A stretch of 64,000 bases of DNA from the human T2T-CHM13v2.0 reference genome, Homo sapiens: assembly GCF_009914755.1 (NCBI RefSeq), contig NC_060928.1. One strand, written 5' to 3'. Position 1 is the first letter of the stretch, and the number at the start of each line of letters is the position of its first letter. Positions 58,457 through 64,000 of the stretch are shown in pieces. Made by a program: the position numbers and the translations under genes. The notes below the pieces were generated by a model. That model saw only the letters and a program-made list of their open reading frames with translations, ran no database searches and had not been told where the DNA came from.

Positions 58457-58760
58457 TGTTAGAAATGAAAGATTTTTATCTCTTCTTTGTTTTTTCAGAG
58501 CATTTTAGCTTGAAAAAAAATGTGTATTTTCTCAACTCTTTGAAATGCATATAAATCCTTTTGAAGACTACATAGGCCTTTGTTGGCCTTTCATGACCCA
58601 ATAATGTCTTTCTCAAGAGCCTGGGAGCAATTTCTTTAATATACAACCATCCAGGAAGATAGCACCCCTATCTGCCAGTTTCTGCGGATGGATAGGAACC
58701 TAGCTTTCATGGAGATCACCTTGCCCCAAGTTGCAAAACTACCTACTGTCATAAGAAAAT

Positions 58761-58820
<60 letters not shown>

Positions 58821-59170
58821 CGTTTTCAGGTAAAACTATTTAGCTAACACAGGCAGACATTTTAATTACCACGTAAAGTTAAGGTGGGTTATGTATGACA
58901 AATGATGTTTTCAAGTCCTCTTATTTGAGAGCTAGTTATTGTGTATCTTGAAAACATATAGGTAATGGGTTGTATCTTCTTGGCTATCTATTAATAAAGA
59001 GTGAGATTTCTGTTTTTATAATCTCCTAGCAGATTGCCTGTGATGCTCATTACAGTCTAGTGTAATGTTTACATATACAACGATAAAAAAGGTTTTCTTT
59101 CTCTACTACCTTTCTGCAGAGGATTTCTGAACTGGGATAAAATTTTGTTTTCAATTCTATTTCCAAAAAA
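58457..59170 (+). mobile_element. MER34-like ERV1 LTR
   Basis: TCTTTCTCAAG..CCTGGGAGC, GATAGCACCCCTATCT, AAGTTGCAAAACTACC, TCTACTACCTTT..GAGGATTTCT. Confidence 0.75.
58762..58820. repeat. Long (TG)n microsatellite with TATG tail
   Basis: About 24 uninterrupted GT units. Confidence 0.95.
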
Positions 59171-62100
59171 TATTTAACGAGAATTCAGATTTGCTTTTCT
59201 TGCTTTGGATTTTCTTCCTATCAACTCAATTCAACTTTAACTATTCCCCTGGGCAAGAATCATATTTCTATACTAGTTACCAATTCCTATTGATACAGTT
59301 GCAATTTATCCTCATGATGTTTTATTCTTTATTGAAGGTAATTGTACTCTTTGTAGTATGACACTTTCTTGAAAATAAAGCAATCAAGCAAGATATAAAG
59401 AAATAAGCTAACAGGGAAATGTTAATACTTTTTAAAATAAGGAAGCAAACCCTTTAGATGAATTTTCACCTAAAAAATATTTGAAGTTGTAGATGAAATG
59501 TTTTAGTTAATCTGAATAGCTTTGTTTGCCGATATTTGTGGTTAAACGGGTGTTAAAAAGAAATGTAAAGCAAATATAATACTAGTCAGAATTCTATCAT
59601 TCCATTTGTGAAGAAAATTATACTAACCATTAAAAAGGATTTATGCATATTTCCTATTAAAATAGAACTTTCTCTTCAAGGAAAACATGAGAAGACAGAG
59701 ACTTTTGGATTTCTTTTGGAAGTAGACATTAAAATAATTAAGATCTATATATTTTAAAGTATCTTTCTTTCAAATATCCTTGAAGTTGGTCTTTAATCAG
59801 TAGTTTCATTAGACATTTCTCCATCTGCCATCATCACATGCGTATGCAAGTGAGAAAACTTGTTCTGTGAAGTGATACTTTAATATTATTTTTAAATCAA
59901 GTGTCTAGATGGAAGGTTATACATCTTCAATTTTGCAAGATTTTCTTAAACACTGACTAAAACACAAAAATATATTTTTGCTGTATAAATGACAATATTT
60001 CCACCTTGTAAAAACATAGGCAATTTTTTACTATATTAAATAGATTTTGAATGACCATAAAACATTCATAATATTTTTCTAAGTTTTATTCTTGCTGTAT
60101 TTGGGGTATAAATTCTATACAGAAACATGAAAGTTCATTGACTCGCCCTTCATTTTTTTAATAGAGTTTCGATATGAATCTTAAAGCATAGATTTGGTTT
60201 TTCAAGAAGAGGGAGTTAAAAGAATAGCATCTATAATCTGGGTATTCTTAATATCTGAACTCCACACTAGCTAGGCCTACTAAATGATTAGTGTTGAAGG
60301 TTAGATTGCACGTCATTCAAAAGACAATTTTCTCTGAACTGGCAATAATATCATAGACTGGCCTAAGACCTCAAAGTCATAAGTTATTATCAATCTGTCT
60401 TCAGAAGAGATGTTAGCTTACAAAAAATCTCTGAAGTTAAAGGAAAAGAATCAACTTGCATGAAACATATATTAACTCCCTTGTTTGAGGGACAGTATAC
60501 AGCAAATTTTCTATACACTTATTGTTTCTGGACAATTCCATGATGAATCGATTGTGAAACTCATTACATTTTGGAGATTGACATTTAAACTCTGATTGAG
60601 ACCAAGTATATTTTCTGCATGCAATCAGACTTCATTGATGTCTATACTATTCTAAGTATTATGCCAGGTACTATTCAGACGCTAGATAAAAGACTGTTAG
60701 GTTATACCATTGAAAATAAAAGCTTCTTGACTTCTCAATATATTTATTCTGATTTACTTACTTAGATTTTTAGATGTAGCTTTTATGTCATACTGAGGAG
60801 GAAATATCTGAAGGCTAAATGGAATTGTAATCCTCCAGAGTTGAAAGCATGCTAAGAAACTTTTAGTTGATTTCTTCCTTCAGTCAGGACTACACTATCT
60901 CAGATATGCAAAAATAATTCCAAGAATATTTTTAATATACAACAATTGTTTTACAGTATAAAAACCCTGAATCTAAAAAAATGTGGCTACACAACTAAAA
61001 CATTTACTGAAGAAAATATTTTATCTTAGATGAGTAGAGTTTTCTGACAGCTTTTTTGATGACATCTAGGACAGTTAAGTTATGACCCTCAATTTCTGGC
61101 TTTCCTATTTGAATAAATACTTTTTTTCTTATGATTTTACTCTTTGGAAGATATGCTTAAATTAGCTTTAAGTACACATATATGTCAAAATAATATCTTG
61201 GTTTCTAATCATGTTCAGGTAAATATATATTGCATTTCTCAGAAATTCATTTAAGCTTTTTAGCTTGTTTTTTGTGACTTAAAGGGTCTTTTACTAAAAA
61301 CACAAACAAAAAACTAGTATTTGCCTCATTAAATTTTTTTTTAAAAAACTAAAATACTCCAGAGCTTAGGTGTATAGTTTTAAGTTCTGTAAATTAAGAT
61401 ATTATTTGGCAGCAAACATTTTTTATTTGTTCAGCTAGATCTATTTATTTTATAACCAGCACTTTTAAATTTATCATTGTTATAAGATTTCATATATTTA
61501 AAAATTACTCTTACTCTGATTTATAGCCAGAACAATAATAAAATCACTCTTTTTCTGTAACATCTTCAACTAAATTTTATGTTCTGATACTATTTCTCTT
61601 TGGAGGACAACTTAGTTTTATGCGTCATCAACATGCAATAACTGGATAAATAATTGTTTATTTAGATCTAACTTACTTCCATAGAAATTGTGGCAAAATA
61701 AAGAGAAAATTGGATTGCTCAAATGAAAAAATTATTAGTAGTTTTGTGTGTTGTGAACTCCAAGAACCATTGTGGGGATTATTATTTAGATCCAGTGGTA
61801 TTTGTTCCTGAGTTTGCAGTGATTTCCACAGTACTCCACAGGGTGGGTTTTTAAACAATTTTATATATTTAATTGTTTCATTTCATATGTATTTACGGTA
61901 ACAATTGGTATTTATTAGCAATGGCCAGGTGTCTATTACGCCCAAAGTTTAGGAATACTTAAACATGGCTGTATCCTTTTTTAAAGTTGCATAAAAAGGT
62001 CCTTATATACAGGTATTTGTCCTGATAGAAAATAATTGATTAATAATGTACAAGGGGATAGTAGCAGCTGCATGGTAAACAAGGAAGTTCAGGAATAGAA

Positions 62101-62285
62101 CACTTTAAGTAAGAGAGGAAAACTGTGGGCTTGGGAATTTCTGTGTCTAAAATGAGCATAGATTTTAAAATCTATTCATGTGTTTAAATGTCATAATATT
62201 ATTGATATTCATATCTTAACCAGATATGCATTCCACAGCTAATATTTACACTATGATTTCATTATTACTTTCACAATTTATATTA

Positions 62286-62359
62286 TTAGGTTGTTCCAAA
62301 AGTTATCGTGGTTTTAACCAAAAGAATAGCAAAATGCAATTAGTTTTGCACCAACCTAA
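62286..62359. mobile_element. MADE1 (Hsmar1 MITE)
   Basis: TA|TTAGGTTGTTCCAAAAGT...TTTTGCACCAACCTAA|TA. Confidence 0.88.
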
Positions 62360-62586
62360 TATTCATTTTAAAGGTCATTGTATGTGGATTATAAGATATT
62401 TTTATAGCTTCCATTCTGCATTTTGCTAATGCACGTTTATATAGGTGAACAGAAAACATTCTCTCTTACTGGTATCTAATGCTAACATATTTTAACGGTA
62501 AAATTTGAGAAAATTAACTAAGATTTTGCACAGAACTAAGATCTTTGAAAACAATATTTTATTAAATGTATCATGAATCTACACTA

Positions 62587-62910
62587 CAAGTACACAGTCT
62601 ATCATCCACAACTCTGAAATCCAAAAAGCATCAAAATCACAAATCTTTTGGAAAACTACTTTTTTTTTTAACATAACCTACCTTTCCTGAATAAATGTAT
62701 TGCTATTTATAGTGTTTATCTAGCTTAGAGTGATATGCATACATTTTGCTGCATATATATTAAGGTTTGATTACTATGTGAAGTGCTGATCCTACTGTGA
62801 GAATTACACAATACACAATATATGCATCAAATTAACCTTATAAAACTTGACAAATTTAGAATTATTAACATATCTAGCCCCAAGAGTTTTGGATATAGAA
62901 CTGGGACTTG
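62587..62910. mobile_element. Possible Tigger-derived MITE
   Basis: Imperfect inverted ends CAAGTACACAGTCT / AGAACTGGGACTTG with internal CTGAAATCCAAAAAGC. Confidence 0.4.
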
Positions 62911-63201
62911 TGTTATTTAAACCAAGGTGAGATTTTAAAATCCTCTGTTCTGAAGTTGCATATCTTAAATTATTTGTGCACTATCAATTTGCTGTGAAGG
63001 TCATATAGAAAAGCAAATATTAAGGCTGAAACGTACTTAGAACTCATGCACTTCAATACTGCCTTTTTAACACAAAAACATATGGCCAATAAAACAATTG
63101 CTTTGTTTGAAATCACACTGCCAATAAGTGAATGATACAAGGACTGAATCCAACTCTATGTTCTATTATCACCCATTTAAACAAAATTCAGGTGAGCACT
63201 T

Positions 63202-63500
63202 GTTTTGTTTTGTTTTTGAGACAGACTCACTCTGTCGCCCAGGATGGCGTGCAGTGGTGCAATCTCAGCTCAATGCAGCCTCCACTTCTGGGGTTCAAGA
63301 GATTATCTTGCCTCAGCCTCCTGAGTAGCTGGGATTACAGGCACATGCCACCACACCCAGATAATTTTTTTTTAATTTTTAATAGAGATGGGATTTTACC
63401 ATGTCACTCGGGCTGGTCTTGGACTCCTGGTCTCAAGTGATCCACCTGCCTCGGCTCCCAAAGTGTTGGGATTACAGCCATGAGGCACCACACCTGGCCT
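63202..63500 (-). mobile_element. Alu (older S/J)
   Basis: (TTTTG)n tail and full dimer. TSD GGTGAGCACTT at 63191-63201 and 63501-63511. Confidence 0.92.
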
Positions 63501-63519
63501 GGTGAGCACTTTTATATGC

Positions 63520-63940
63520 TAGGCATTTCTATATGGGTGATAGTTGACACCTTAAACTCAGCATACCCAACACTTGACGTGCTTCATCTTCCCCAATTCT
63601 TAAACGTCCTCTCAGGGTCCATTCTGGTTACAGGCATCACCACCCTACCAGGCACTCATTTTTAAAACTTTCATATTGCTTGTGGTCTCTCTTCTTTCTT
63701 TGGGTCCATATCCACTCAGCTGATGAGTACACTCAATTCTATCTCCTTGTTTCTTTCCCTCATTTCTTCTCACTCTTGTTGACATTGCTTCACTTAACAC
63801 AGGGCTAAGTAGTTTATTGTCTGGATTATTGCAAGAGTGTAAGAGCTGCCTCTAAGGATCCCTACCTACAATCTCTTCATTATCCTCACAGTCATCAACA
63901 ACTCACATTGACACCTCAGAGAGCAAAATTCTGGCAATGG
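63520..63940 (+). mobile_element. L2 fragment
   Basis: CACCTTAAACTCAGCAT...GGCATCACCA...CTGGATTATTGCAA. Confidence 0.65.
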
Positions 63941-64000
63941 GTCATCCTTCAATGAATAAGTAGTCATTAAAATTCTACTATATGCAAAGCAACATGCCAG

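Overview
Primate (human-like) AT-rich, repeat-dominated DNA. I found no intact cellular protein-coding gene and nothing prokaryotic or CRISPR-like. Left end: two minus-strand L1PA copies. The first (1-4624) has a complete 5' end and keeps the ~129-bp ZNF93-target segment; the second is 5'-truncated with a TSD. Then come old L1M/HAL1 fossils, a decayed tRNA-Glu copy and a near-full-length HSMAR2. The most informative part is 24.8-32 kb. It holds a heavily decayed, intronless MBTD1 retrocopy that the ORF track almost misses, split by an MST LTR. Next is the 5' half of a gamma-like ERV (LTR containing a solo LTR22, tRNA-Ile PBS, gag with two zinc knuckles). The ERV breaks off just after the gag stop and joins a 5'-truncated EEF1G processed pseudogene; no pol/env/3' LTR follows. 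Further right are a 70-bp twin-primed inverted L1, a Tigger1>MSTB>THE1 nest, MER44, LTR8, MER34, MADE1/MADE2 and seven Alus across the window. Family and subfamily names come from recalled consensus sequences, not a database search. I see interesting retro-fossil architecture but no evidence for a new functional system.
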